64,000 nt of DNA from Paracoccaceae bacterium (GTDB lineage: Bacteria > Pseudomonadota > Alphaproteobacteria > Rhodobacterales > Rhodobacteraceae): the NCBI GenBank assembly GCA_041397345.1, contig JAWKWU010000008.1:8704-72703 (forward strand), given 5' to 3'. Shown in pieces: positions 39,576-49,940 of this stretch (its first letter is position 1; every line of letters begins with the position of its first letter). Below the pieces are notes generated by a model that saw only the letters and a list, made by a program, of their open reading frames with translations, ran no database searches and was not told the origin of the DNA. Both the position numbers and the translations under genes were made by a program.

Positions 39576-41605
39576 CCCGGCACCGCGAAATCGCGCCGCA
39601 CCAGCGGATCAGCCGCCAGGTCGCGGGCCACCTTGTGCGCGTGATAGATCGCATGGGCCAGCGCGCCCGGCGCGTTCGCGTCACCCGCCAGGTGAACCGA
39701 CGGCGCCCCCAGAGCCTGCAACTCCTCGGCCAGGCCCGATTGCGCGACCCTGGTGCCCACGATCACCACCGAGGCGGCGGGGATCGCGCTTTCCACCCCC
39801 GACAGCATATGCGCCAGCCGGACCTGCCCCTGGTCAAAGTCGACCACCCGCTCGCCCGTGCGCACGACGACCCCCAGCCGGGCCAGCGACTGATGCACCT
39901 GCGGCTGTTCGTTGGTCATGAAGCCCCAGGCCGCCGCCGCCCCGGCCGTCGTCACATAGGTCACCGACAGCCCCGGTTCGGCCAGCCGCTCCGCCAGCGC
40001 CGAACCCAGATAGTAATTGTCGAAATCATGCACCACCACCGGGCCGCGCGGCATCTGCCCCGCCACAAGGTCATCGGGCGTGAACACCCCCGGCCGGTCC
40101 AGCCGGCCTTCGGGAACCTCGTTCGGTCCGCACAGGGCGCGGTCCCATTTCGCGCCGGTCGCCACCACGATGTGATCGGCGCCGAAATCCAGCGCCTCGG
40201 CCGCGGTCATCGGGCTTTCGGGGTAAAGCTGCACGTTCGCCATCGCCCGCAACTGGCCCAGCCGATAGTCCACCACCCGGAACCACTGCCGCAGCCCCGG
40301 CAGGTTGCTTTCCCACAACAGCCGGCCGCCGAAATCGCGCCCCGCTTCGGCCACCGTGACCTGAAAGCCGCCCCGCCCCAGGGTCAGCGCCGCCTCCAGC
40401 CCGGCCGGCCCGCCGCCGATCACCAGCACCCGGCCTTGCGCGTCCGCCGCCACCTTTTCGGGATGCCACCCGCGCCGCCATTCCTCGCCGGCCGTCGGGT
40501 TCTGCGTGCAGCGCACCCATACCCCGTCATGCCAGCTGGAAATGCAGATGTTGCAGCCGATGCACTCGCGGATCTCGACCTCTCGCCCCTGGTCGATCTT
40601 TGCCGGCAGGAACGGATCGGCAATCGACGGCCGCGCCCCGCCGATCAGGTCCAGCACGCCGCGCCTGACCATCGACAGCATGGTATCGGGCGAGGTGAAC
40701 CGCCCCACCCCCACCACCGGCCGGGTCGTCACCTGCTTTACAAAGGCCACCGTCGCCTCGTGGCTGCCCTCGGCCGCATAGCGGCTGGGCGCGCAGTCGA
40801 ACGCGGAATAGTCCATCTTGACGTCGAATAGGTCCGGCGCGTCCTTCAGGTGCCCGATGACCTCATGCGCCTCGCTTTCCGCCACTTCGGACCTCCGCGC
40901 CCGCAATTCCTGCAATGATATCCGCAAGGCCACCGCACAGCGCCCGCCCGTGGCATTGCGGACCGCGTCGATCAACTCTTCGGTCAGCCGCACCCGGTTG
41001 CGCACCGATCCGCCATAGGCATCGGTGCGGCGGTTATAATCCGACAGCAGGAACTGATAGGGCAGGTATCCCATGCCCGAATAGACATAGAGGATGTCGA
41101 ACCCCGCCTGTTCCGCCCGCCGCGCCGCCTCGGCGTGCCAGCGGATCACGTCGCGGATGTCGCCTGCGTCCATCACCCTGGGCCGCGCTGCCGACATGAA
41201 GCCTGTATGCGTCGCCATCCAGGGCACGCCCGACGGTGACATCGGCGCGAACCGCGTGGTGCGGTTCACCGCCGCCGCGCCGCCGTGCCACAGCTCCACC
41301 GCCGCCAGCGCGCCATGGGCATGCACGGCATCCGTCATCAACGCATGGGCGGCGATATCGGCATCGTCCCACAGCGTCGCGTTCGGAAACGGGCTGTCAT
41401 CCGACGACGGATGCACCGAACAGGCGCCGGTCGAGACCACGCCCCAGCCGCCCTCGGCCTTCATCCCGCGAAAGGCGGCGCGCACCCGCGGGCTGGCGTT
41501 GGTCATCCCGCTGGCATGCGGCACCTGAAAGAACCGGTTCCGCGCCAGCTTGGGGCCGATCTGCACCGGCTGGAACAGGATGTCGTACCGCGGGTCCCTG
41601 GCCAT
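39572..41605 (-). CDS. TMADH/histamine-dehydrogenase-like Fe-S flavoprotein (OYE family) with divergent active site
   Basis: MARDPRYDILF, RNRFFQVPH, KAEGGWG, ARPSIADP, 4Fe-4S CIGCNIC..CTQN, IGGGPAGLEAA. Confidence 0.9.
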   Translation of the reverse strand: MARDPRYDILFQPVQIGPKLARNRFFQVPHASGMTNASPRVRAAFRGMKAEGGWGVVSTGACSVHPSSDDSPFPNATLWDDADIAAHALMTDAVHAHGALAAVELWHGGAAAVNRTTRFAPMSPSGVPWMATHTGFMSAARPRVMDAGDIRDVIRWHAEAARRAEQAGFDILYVYSGMGYLPYQFLLSDYNRRTDAYGGSVRNRVRLTEELIDAVRNATGGRCAVALRISLQELRARRSEVAESEAHEVIGHLKDAPDLFDVKMDYSAFDCAPSRYAAEGSHEATVAFVKQVTTRPVVGVGRFTSPDTMLSMVRRGVLDLIGGARPSIADPFLPAKIDQGREVEIRECIGCNICISSWHDGVWVRCTQNPTAGEEWRRGWHPEKVAADAQGRVLVIGGGPAGLEAALTLGRGGFQVTVAEAGRDFGGRLLWESNLPGLRQWFRVVDYRLGQLRAMANVQLYPESPMTAAEALDFGADHIVVATGAKWDRALCGPNEVPEGRLDRPGVFTPDDLVAGQMPRGPVVVHDFDNYYLGSALAERLAEPGLSVTYVTTAGAAAAWGFMTNEQPQVHQSLARLGVVVRTGERVVDFDQGQVRLAHMLSGVESAIPAASVVIVGTRVAQSGLAEELQALGAPSVHLAGDANAPGALAHAIYHAHKVARDLAADPLVRRDFAVPG

Positions 41606-41613
41606 GCTGCCCC

Positions 41614-41714
41614 CTTGTTGAACGGTTGTATAGTAAGCGCGTCCGTCGGTTTCCGTCAAGCTGGCATTGGCGTTTGACAGCACGGCGCCGCTTGTTGCAT
41701 GATCGTTCAACAAG
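41614..41714. promoter_or_regulatory. Divergent promoters with two inverted operator copies (probable TetR sites)
   Basis: CTTGTTGAACGGTTGTATAGTAAG (41614-41637) and CTTGTTGCATGATCGTTCAACAAG (41691-41714); TTGACA-N18-CATGAT on + and TTGACG-N18-TACTAT on -. Confidence 0.75.
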
Positions 41715-41727
41715 ACAGCGGAACCCT

Positions 41728-43740
41728 ATGCCCGATATCCGTTCAGATTTTCCGTTCCAGGTAGAGGTGACCGAAAACCTCTTCATCCCGCTGCCCGACG
41801 GCACCAGGCTGGCGGCCAAGCTATGGCGCCCGGCGGGGCAGGGGGCGCATCCCGCCATTCTGGAATACCTGCCCTACCGCAAGCATGACGGAACCCGCGG
41901 GCGCGACCAGGGAATGCACATGTATCTGGCGGGGCATGGCTATGCCTGCCTTCGCGTCGACATTCGCGGCACCGGCGAAAGCGACGGCACCCTGCATGAC
42001 GAATATTCCGAACCCGAGCTGCAGGACGGCTGCGACCTGATCGCCTGGATCGCCGCCCAGGACTGGTGCGACGGGCAGGTGGCGATGATCGGCATTTCTT
42101 GGGGCGGCTTCAACGGGTTGCAGATCGCCGCCCGCCAGCCGCCGGCGCTGAAGACCGTCATTGCCCTGGGCTTCACCGACGACCGTTATGCCACCGATGT
42201 CCACTACATCGGCGGCTGCCTGTCCAAGGACAACCTCGACTGGTCGGCCACCATGGTCGCCGGCATGGACCTGCCGCCCGACCCGGCCCTGCATGGCGCC
42301 GGCTGGCGTGACCTCTGGCTGCAACGGATTCAGGCCAACGAACCCTGGGGCCTGACCTGGCTGGCCCATCAGCGCCGCGATGCCTATTGGCAGCATGGGT
42401 CGGTCTGCCAGGATTTCGCCGCCATCCGCGTGCCGGTCTATGCCGTCTCGGGCTGGGCCGACAATTATTCCGAGGCCGTGCCCCGCCTGCTGGCCGGCCT
42501 GACCGTTCCCTGCCGCGGGCTGATCGGCCCATGGGCGCATTCCTTTCCACAGGATGTCACCGTTGAACCGGCCATCGGCTGGCTGCAAGAGGTTCTGCGC
42601 TGGTGCGATCACTGGCTCAAGCGGCGCGACACCGGCATCATGGCGGAACCCGTGCTGCGGGTCTGGATGCAGGACGCCGTTCCGCCGCAGACCTGTTATC
42701 GCCACCGCCCCGGCCGCTGGGTGGGCGAAGCGGACTGGCCCAGCCCGCGCATCCGCGACCGCCTGTTCCATCCCGTCGGGCACGGCCTTGCCGCCAGCCC
42801 CCGGCCCGGCGCCGCCACGATCTGCTCGCCGCTCTGGGTCGGTATCGCCTCGGGCGAGGTCGGCCGCTACGGCGCCGATGCCGACTGGCCGCCCGACCAG
42901 CGCGAGGATGATGGCGGCTCGCTGGTCTGGACCACCGATCCCCTGACCGAAGACCTGGAAATCCTCGGCGCCCCGCGGCTTGAGCTGCGGGTGGCGTCGG
43001 ACCGGCCGCTGGCGCTGGTCGCCGTCCGGCTGAGTGACGTTGCCCCGGATGGCGCCTCTACCCGCGTCACCCTGGGCCTGATGAACCTGACCCATCATGC
43101 CGGCCACGACGCGCCGCGGGCCCTGATCCCCGGCCAGCCGGTTGCCGTCACCGTTGAACTTGACGACATCGCGCACCGGTTTCCCGCCGGGCATCGCATC
43201 GCGCTCGCCCTGTCCAGCAGCTATTGGCCCGTCGCCTGGCCCAGCCCGCAGGCCGCCACGCTGACCATCGACACCGGGGCCACCGTCCTGGCCTTGCCGG
43301 TCCGGCCGCCGCGCCCCGAAGACGCCGGCCTTCGCCGCTTTGACCCGGCCGAGGCCGCGCCGCAATCGCCGGTGATCGACCACCCCTGCGCGCCCGCCGC
43401 CCCGCGCCGCATCACCCGCGACCTGCTGTCAGGCCGCATCACGGTGGATTTCCCGCGCTGGACCTATGACCACGAATATCCCGACATCGGCATTCGCCAG
43501 GCCAGCGACGGCCATGCCCGCTATGAGATCACCGAGGGCGATCCCTTGTCCGCCCGCATGTCCACCCACTACCACGTCACCCAGACCCGCGCCGACGGCG
43601 TCTTTACCCATGACAGCACCAGCAGCCTGACCTGCGATGCCGGCCATTTCCACCTGACCGCCGAAATCGTCATTTCCGAAAACGGCCGCGAGATTCACCG
43701 CCGCCACTGGCAAAGGGCCATTCCCCGTGACCACCTCTGA
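41728..43740 (+). CDS. CocE/NonD family hydrolase (peptidase S15)
   Basis: DGTRLAAKLW, EYLPYRK, VDIRGTGESDG, nucleophile GISWGG, IGPWAH, C-terminal GHRIAL; no signal peptide. Confidence 0.92.
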   Translation: MPDIRSDFPFQVEVTENLFIPLPDGTRLAAKLWRPAGQGAHPAILEYLPYRKHDGTRGRDQGMHMYLAGHGYACLRVDIRGTGESDGTLHDEYSEPELQDGCDLIAWIAAQDWCDGQVAMIGISWGGFNGLQIAARQPPALKTVIALGFTDDRYATDVHYIGGCLSKDNLDWSATMVAGMDLPPDPALHGAGWRDLWLQRIQANEPWGLTWLAHQRRDAYWQHGSVCQDFAAIRVPVYAVSGWADNYSEAVPRLLAGLTVPCRGLIGPWAHSFPQDVTVEPAIGWLQEVLRWCDHWLKRRDTGIMAEPVLRVWMQDAVPPQTCYRHRPGRWVGEADWPSPRIRDRLFHPVGHGLAASPRPGAATICSPLWVGIASGEVGRYGADADWPPDQREDDGGSLVWTTDPLTEDLEILGAPRLELRVASDRPLALVAVRLSDVAPDGASTRVTLGLMNLTHHAGHDAPRALIPGQPVAVTVELDDIAHRFPAGHRIALALSSSYWPVAWPSPQAATLTIDTGATVLALPVRPPRPEDAGLRRFDPAEAAPQSPVIDHPCAPAAPRRITRDLLSGRITVDFPRWTYDHEYPDIGIRQASDGHARYEITEGDPLSARMSTHYHVTQTRADGVFTHDSTSSLTCDAGHFHLTAEIVISENGREIHRRHWQRAIPRDHL

Positions 43741-44341
43741 CGCCCCCAGGTTCCGCCGCTACGCCCCCGAGGAACGGGCCGCCATGCTGGTGCAGGCCGG
43801 GCTGGCCTGCCTGGCCGAAGGTGGCATCACCGCCTTTACCGTCGACAACATCTGCCGCCGGGCCGAGGCGTCGCGCGGCCTGATCGCCCATCATTTCGGC
43901 AGCAAGGAAGGGTTGCTGGCCGCCGTCTACGAGGCCGCCTACCAACCGATGCTGGAGATGATTTCCGGCGATCCGCCCTTGCCGCTCGGCACCCTGCTCG
44001 ACCGCATGTTCGACGGCGAAAGCCATGACACCGCCACGCTGCGGATCTGGCTGGCGCTGTGGGGAGAGGTCACGGTCAACCCGGCCCTGCGCGCGGCGCA
44101 CCGCCGCAACTATGGCCGCTACCGCGCCACCGTCGAAGCCGCGATCGAGGATCATTGCTTTGCCCGCGGCCTGAAACTGGATGCAGGCGCATTGGCCACC
44201 ACGGCCATCGCGCTGATCGACGGGCTCTGGCTGGAACAATGCATCGACCCCGAGGGCTTTGATGCCGACCGTGCCCGCGCGTCTGCCCATGCGCTGCTGG
44301 AACCGGTGCTGGGCCCGCTGGACCAGGGCAAAGCGCCTTGA
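43727..44341 (+). CDS. TetR family regulator (BetI-like C-terminal domain)
   Basis: HTH ICRRAEASRGLIAHHFGSKEGLL; ALIDGLWLE. Confidence 0.9.
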   Translation: MTTSDAPRFRRYAPEERAAMLVQAGLACLAEGGITAFTVDNICRRAEASRGLIAHHFGSKEGLLAAVYEAAYQPMLEMISGDPPLPLGTLLDRMFDGESHDTATLRIWLALWGEVTVNPALRAAHRRNYGRYRATVEAAIEDHCFARGLKLDAGALATTAIALIDGLWLEQCIDPEGFDADRARASAHALLEPVLGPLDQGKAP

Positions 44342-44406
44342 CACGCGCTTGCCCCCAGATGCAAACTTTTGATCAAATCCCGACAGGGACAGGGGCAGAG
44401 GTGTGA

Positions 44407-45540
44407 ATGCAGACAGAGATCGTCGCCCTCTCCGGCCCCAGCCCCGGAACCGGCCGCTGCCTGACCCGGCATCATTGGGGTCCGCCCGATGCGCGGCCAA
44501 AGGTCTATCTGCAAGGCGGGCTGCACGCCGATGAAATGCCGGGGCCGCTGGCGCTTTTCCATCTGATGCAGGCGCTGGACCGGGCCGAGGCCGAGGGGCG
44601 GATCGCCGGCCACATCGTCGTGGTGCCGCTGGCCAACCCCATCGGCCTGTCGGAATGGCTGCTGCACAAGCCGCTGGGCCGCCGCGACCTGGAAGGGGCG
44701 CATAACTTCAACCGCGGCTATCCCGATCTGGCCCGGCTGGCAGGCGACCGGATAGAAGGCCAGCTTGGCGCCGATCCGGCCGGCAATACCCGGCTGATCC
44801 GCGCCGCCTTTGCCCAGGCGCTGGCCGACCAGGCCCCCCGCACCGAGGTTGACGACCTGCGCCTGCGGTTGATCCAGGGCTCTTGCGACGCAGACCATGT
44901 GCTTGACCTGCATTGCGACCACCGCGCCGTGCTGCATCTTTATGCCTCGACCGCCCAGCCGCAGACCACCGATCTTCTGGCCCGTTGCACCGGCGCGCGG
45001 CTGGCGCTGATCGAGGACACCTCCGGCGGCCACGCCTTTGACGAGGCGCATACCGCCCCCTGGCGGGCGTTGCAGGCCCGGTTCGGCGATCGTTTCCCGA
45101 TCCCGTCGGCCTGCTTCTCGACCACGCTGGAATATCGCGGCCAGCTCGACACCTCGGATGCGCTGGCCGAGCAGGATGCCCAGGGGCTGCTGGCCTTTCT
45201 TGCGGCGACCGGCGCGCTGCGCGATGGCCCGGCACCCGCCCATCCCCCGGCCGAACAGCAGCCGCTGGCCGGCGCGATCGAGGCCACCGCCACCTTTGGC
45301 GGCATCGTAAGCTGGATCACCGCGCCCGGCGACCGTGTCACCGAAGGCCAGGTCCTGGGCCATGTGACCGATGCCGCCACCCGCCACCGGGTGGCGATAC
45401 CCGCCCCCGCCACCGGCCTGCTGTTCCGTCAGGAACTCTGGCCGACCTGCCTGAAAGGGCAGGGCCTTTGCCATGTCGCCGGTGCCGAACCGCGGCGGCA
45501 GGGCGATCTCTGTCTGACTGAAAACAACAACAGGGAGTGA
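44407..45540 (+). CDS. Succinylglutamate desuccinylase/aspartoacylase family (M14) amidohydrolase; true stop probably 45521
   Basis: LHADE, PLANPIG, NFNR, LDLHCD, TLEYRG; one added C gives the terminus GDLLSD*. Confidence 0.88.
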   Translation: MQTEIVALSGPSPGTGRCLTRHHWGPPDARPKVYLQGGLHADEMPGPLALFHLMQALDRAEAEGRIAGHIVVVPLANPIGLSEWLLHKPLGRRDLEGAHNFNRGYPDLARLAGDRIEGQLGADPAGNTRLIRAAFAQALADQAPRTEVDDLRLRLIQGSCDADHVLDLHCDHRAVLHLYASTAQPQTTDLLARCTGARLALIEDTSGGHAFDEAHTAPWRALQARFGDRFPIPSACFSTTLEYRGQLDTSDALAEQDAQGLLAFLAATGALRDGPAPAHPPAEQQPLAGAIEATATFGGIVSWITAPGDRVTEGQVLGHVTDAATRHRVAIPAPATGLLFRQELWPTCLKGQGLCHVAGAEPRRQGDLCLTENNNRE

Positions 45541-45545
45541 CGCCA

Positions 45546-47137
45546 ATGAAGATGCACGCATTCGCCAGATTGCTGACCGGGGCCGCGCTGGTCCTTGGCC
45601 TCGGCACCGCCGCCCTGGCCGACGACACGCTCGATCGCGGCATCGGCTCGAATGGTCCTCGCTGGACCCGCAGGTGAATTTCGACGCCGCCGCCGGCTGG
45701 ATCATGATGGACGCCTACGAAGGCCTGGTCAGCTTTGGCCCCGGCGGCGGCGTCATTCCCGGCGCGGCCGAAGGCTGGGACGTCAGCGAGGATGGCAAGA
45801 TCTATACCTTCCACCTGCGCGACGGGCTGAAATGGTCGAACGGCGATCCGCTGGTGGCGCAGGATTTCGTCAATTCCGTCCTGCGCACGCTGGACCCGAC
45901 GACCGTCAGCGAAAAGGGCTATTACTTCTACTCGGTGGTGCAGATCAAGGGCGCCTCGGACCTGGCCAATGGTGAAACCACCGACCCCGCCGCCCTGGGC
46001 GTCACCGCCCCCGATGACCGCACCGTGGTGATCGAGATGCTGACCCCCGCGCCGCATATCCTTGATATCCTTGGGGCCTTCCAGATCCCGCCGCTGCATT
46101 CGCCCAGCTTCGCCGCCAATGGCGCCGCGGGCTTTGTCGATCCGGCCAAGGTGGTGTCGAACGGCGCCTATGTCATCAAGGAGATCGTGCCGCAAAGCCA
46201 CATCCTGCTGGAGCGGAACCCGAATTACTGGGATGCGGCCAACGTGAAGATTCCGATGGTGAAATACCACGTCACCGAAGATGTCTCGACCGAGTTCAAG
46301 CGGTTCCAGGCCGGCGAAATCGACATCACCTATGACATCCCGGTGAACCAGATCGACGCCGTGCGCGAAACCATGCCCGACCAGGCATTCATCACGCCTT
46401 CGACCGAGAACACCTATTACACCTTCAACCTGACGCATGAACCGTTGCAGGACATCAACGTGCGCATGGCCCTGTCGCTGGCCATCGACCGTGACACGCT
46501 GGAAAACAAGATCGTCAAGGGCGGGGCTATTCCGTCGTTCTCCTATGCCGGTGGCTTTGATCCCACCTATGCCGGTCCGCAGATGCCGGGCGCCGAGCTG
46601 ACCCAGGCCGAACGCGAGGCCAAGGCGCAGGAGCTGATGGCCGCCGCGGGCTATGGCGCCGACAATCCGCTGACCCTGACCATCGTCACCACCGTGGCGG
46701 AAGACCGCACCCGGCTGGCCCAGGGCGTCGCGCTGATGTGGAAAAAGGTGCTGGGGGTCGAGGCCAAGGTCGAACCGATGGAGCGCAAGGCCTGGCTCGA
46801 TGCCTTCTACGCCGGCGGCTGGGACGTGTTCGCCGACAACCTGGTGGGCGACTTTGCCGGGGCCGAGACCTTCCTGGCCTACATGCGCCCCTCGGCCGAG
46901 GCCGGTTACAACTGGGTAAAGCCGGAATATGACGCGCAGATGGACGTGGCCGCGACCATGCCCGACAAGGCCAGCCGCAATGCGGAACTGGCCAAGGCCG
47001 AAAAGATCCTGCTGGACGATGTCATCTTTGCGCCGATCGCGATCGAACCGTCGCGGATGCTGGTCAGCAGCCATGTCCACGGCTGGGTGCCCTCGCCCGC
47101 CGGCTATTACAACACCCAGTTCCTGACACTGGACTGA
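45546..47137 (+). CDS. Opp/Dpp-type peptide ABC transporter substrate-binding protein; frameshift near 45650
   Basis: Signal MKMHAFARLLTGAALVLGLGTAALA; SLDP, YEGLV, YTFHLRDGLKWSNGDP, SNGAY, RNPNYW. Confidence 0.9.
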
Positions 47138-47143
47138 CGGCAC

Positions 47144-47167
47144 GGGGGCGGCCCTTCGGCCGCCCCC
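47144..47167 (+). terminator. Intercistronic GC hairpin after the SBP gene (stabiliser/attenuator)
   Basis: GGGGGCGGCC-CTTC-GGCCGCCCCC. Confidence 0.5.
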
Positions 47168-47185
47168 GACCGCGCAGGGGGCATC

Positions 47186-48109
47186 ATGCTGCGATTCATC
47201 GGCAAGAGGTTGTGGAACGGCGCGCTGACCCTGGCGGCGCTGGTGACGCTGACCTTCTTTGTCATGCGCCTGGCGCCGGGCGGGCCGTTTTCCCGCACCC
47301 GCAAGATCAGCCCCGACGTGCAGGCCAATATCGAGGCGGCCTTCCACCTGGATGAACCGGTGTGGCAACAGTTCGGCCGCTTCGTCTGGGGGCTCTTGCA
47401 CCTCGACCTTGGCCCCTCGACCCGGTTCCGCGACTATTCGGTGGGTGACATCATCGCCTCGGGCCTGCCCTATTCGCTGACCATCGGGTTCTGGGCCATC
47501 GTCGTCGCCGGGCTGATCGGCGTGGCGCTGGGCATCGCCGGGGCGCTGCGCCGCAACGGCCTGACCGACTATCTGGCCGGCACCTTCGGCGTCATCGGCA
47601 TCGCTATTCCGATCTTCGTCATCGGCCCGGTGTTCCAGCTGATCTTCGCGCTGAAACTCGGCTGGCTGCCGGTGGGCGGCTGGGGCGCGGGGTGGCGGTC
47701 GCTGATCCTGCCGGTGGTCGTGCTGGCCCTGCCCAACATCGCCTATATCTCGCGGCTGACCCGCACCTCGATGATCGAGACCCTGCGCGAGAATTATATC
47801 CGCACCGCCCGCGCCAAGGGGATCGGCTGGCGCCGCACCCTGATGCGCCACAGCCTGACCGGGGCGCTCTTGCCGGTCGTCGCCTATATTGGCCCGGCCA
47901 CCGCCGCCATCATCACCGGCTCGATCCTGATCGAGACCATCTTTGCCGTTCCCGGCATCGGCCGGCACTTCGTCGACGCCGCGCTGAACCGCGACTATCC
48001 CCTGGTGATGGGCATCACGCTGCTCTACGGCGGCCTGCTGATCCTGTTCAACATCGGCACGGATGTGGTCCGCGCCTGGATGGACCCGAGGTTGCGCCAT
48101 GACCGCTGA
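47186..48109 (+). CDS. Peptide ABC permease (OppB-like)
   Basis: APGGPF, LDLGPS, YIRTARAKG, NRDYP. Confidence 0.93.
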   Translation: MLRFIGKRLWNGALTLAALVTLTFFVMRLAPGGPFSRTRKISPDVQANIEAAFHLDEPVWQQFGRFVWGLLHLDLGPSTRFRDYSVGDIIASGLPYSLTIGFWAIVVAGLIGVALGIAGALRRNGLTDYLAGTFGVIGIAIPIFVIGPVFQLIFALKLGWLPVGGWGAGWRSLILPVVVLALPNIAYISRLTRTSMIETLRENYIRTARAKGIGWRRTLMRHSLTGALLPVVAYIGPATAAIITGSILIETIFAVPGIGRHFVDAALNRDYPLVMGITLLYGGLLILFNIGTDVVRAWMDPRLRHDR

Positions 48110-48965
48110 TGCCGCCGGGTCCACCTCGACCCTGCACCTGCAATTCCGCCGCTTCCGGCAGAACCGGCTGGCCATGGTCTCGGTGGCGATCCTGGTGCTG
48201 ATCGTGCTGGCCTGTTTCCTTGGCCCCCATGCCTTTCCCTTTACCGGCGAGGATGCCGATTTCGAGAACATCGCCGCCCCGGTGAACCTGTTCTCCATCC
48301 ATCCCTTCGGCACCGACGATTTCGGCCGCGACCTGCTGGTGCGGGTGCTGGAAGGCGGGCAGGTCTCGCTCTCCATCGGCTTTCTCGGCGCGCTGGTTGC
48401 CGGCGGCATCGGCGTTCTCTACGGCGCCATCGCCGGCTATGCGGGCGGGCGCCTCGACGGGCTGATGATGCGGCTGGTCGAGGTGCTGTACGGCTTTCCC
48501 TATGTGATCCTGGTGATCCTGCTGTCGCTCCTGTTCGGCGGCGGCACCATCGCGCTCTTTGCCGCCATCGTCTTTACCCTCTGGCTGACGCCCGCCGTCA
48601 TCGTGCGCGCCCAGGCGCAAAGCCTGGCGCAAAAGGAATTCGTCCAGGCGGCGCGGGCGGGCGGCATGACCGGTGGCCAGATCGTGCTGGAACACATCGT
48701 TCCCAACTGCATCTCGGTCGTCATCGTCTACGGCAGCCTGCTGGTGCCCGAGGTGATCCTGTCGGAATCCTTCCTCTCCTTCCTTGGCATCGGCATCAAG
48801 GAACCGCAGGCCAGCTGGGGCAACCTGATCCAGACCGGCACTTCCGCCATGGACACCGACCTGCGCCTGCTGCTCCTGCCCGGCACGCTGCTGGCCATGG
48901 TGCTGTTCTGCCTCAACTTCATCGCCGACGGGCTGCGAGACGCCTTTGACCCCAATGACCGCTGA
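48099..48965 (+). CDS. Peptide ABC permease (OppC-like)
   Basis: [37 protein letters not shown]. Confidence 0.93.
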   Translation: MTADAAGSTSTLHLQFRRFRQNRLAMVSVAILVLIVLACFLGPHAFPFTGEDADFENIAAPVNLFSIHPFGTDDFGRDLLVRVLEGGQVSLSIGFLGALVAGGIGVLYGAIAGYAGGRLDGLMMRLVEVLYGFPYVILVILLSLLFGGGTIALFAAIVFTLWLTPAVIVRAQAQSLAQKEFVQAARAGGMTGGQIVLEHIVPNCISVVIVYGSLLVPEVILSESFLSFLGIGIKEPQASWGNLIQTGTSAMDTDLRLLLLPGTLLAMVLFCLNFIADGLRDAFDPNDR

Positions 48966-49940
48966 ACCGCTTCTTTCCCTGCAGGACCTGACCGTGCGCT
49001 TTCGCCTTCCCGGCGGCACCTCGGTGGCGGTCGACGGCGTCAGCCTCGACCTCGCGGCCGGCGAGACGCTGGGCATCGTCGGCGAAAGCGGCTCGGGCAA
49101 GAGCCAGATCCTCTATGCGCTGATGGGCCTGCTGGCCACGAACGGCACGGTGGGCGGGCGCGCGCTGTTTCGCGGCCAGGATCTGCTGGCGCTGTCGCCT
49201 GCCCGGCTGGACCGCATCCGCGGGCAGGATATCGCCATGATCTTCCGGACCCGATGACCAGCCTGAACCCCTATATCCGCGTCGGCGACCAGCTGGTCGA
49301 GGGGCTGATGGTCCACCAGAACCTGTCGCGCAGCGCCGCCCGGGCCGAGGCGGTGCGCATGCTCGACCGTGTCCGCATCCCCGATGCCGCCAGCCGCGCC
49401 CGCCGCTATCCGCATGAATTTTCCGGCGGGATGCGGCAAAGGGTGATGATCGCCATGGCGCTGCTGGCGCGGCCCCGGCTTCTTCTGGCCGACGAACCCA
49501 CCACCGCGCTGGACGTGACCATCCAGGCGCAGGTCCTTGACCTCATGGCGGAACTGGGCCGCGAAACCGGCACCGCCATCATCCTTGTCACCCATGACCT
49601 TGGCGTGGTCGCCCGGCTGTGCGACCGCGTCGCCGTCCTCTACGGCGGCCGCATCATGGAAGAGGCCGCCGCCGAGACCCTGTTCGATGCCCCGGCCCAT
49701 CCCTATACCCGCGGGCTGCTGGCGGCGATGCCCCGGCTGGAAACCGCGCTGACGGACCGGCTGGGCACCATTCCCGGCAATCCGCGCTCGGGTGGCGGCG
49801 ACCTGCCCGGCTGTCCCTTTGCCCCGCGCTGCGAGGTCCGCCTGCCGCATTGCACCACCGCGCGGCCGCCGCTGCGCGAGCTGTCCACCTTTGGCCCCGG
49901 CCGCCGTGCCGCCTGCCACCTGCTGGGGGCCGCGCCATGA
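48955..49940 (+). CDS. Peptide ABC ATP-binding protein (OppD-like); frameshift at about 49246
   Basis: GESGSGKS; MIF[Q]DPMTSLNP restored by one A; FSGGMRQR; C-terminal Cys motif [12 protein letters not shown]. Confidence 0.9.
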
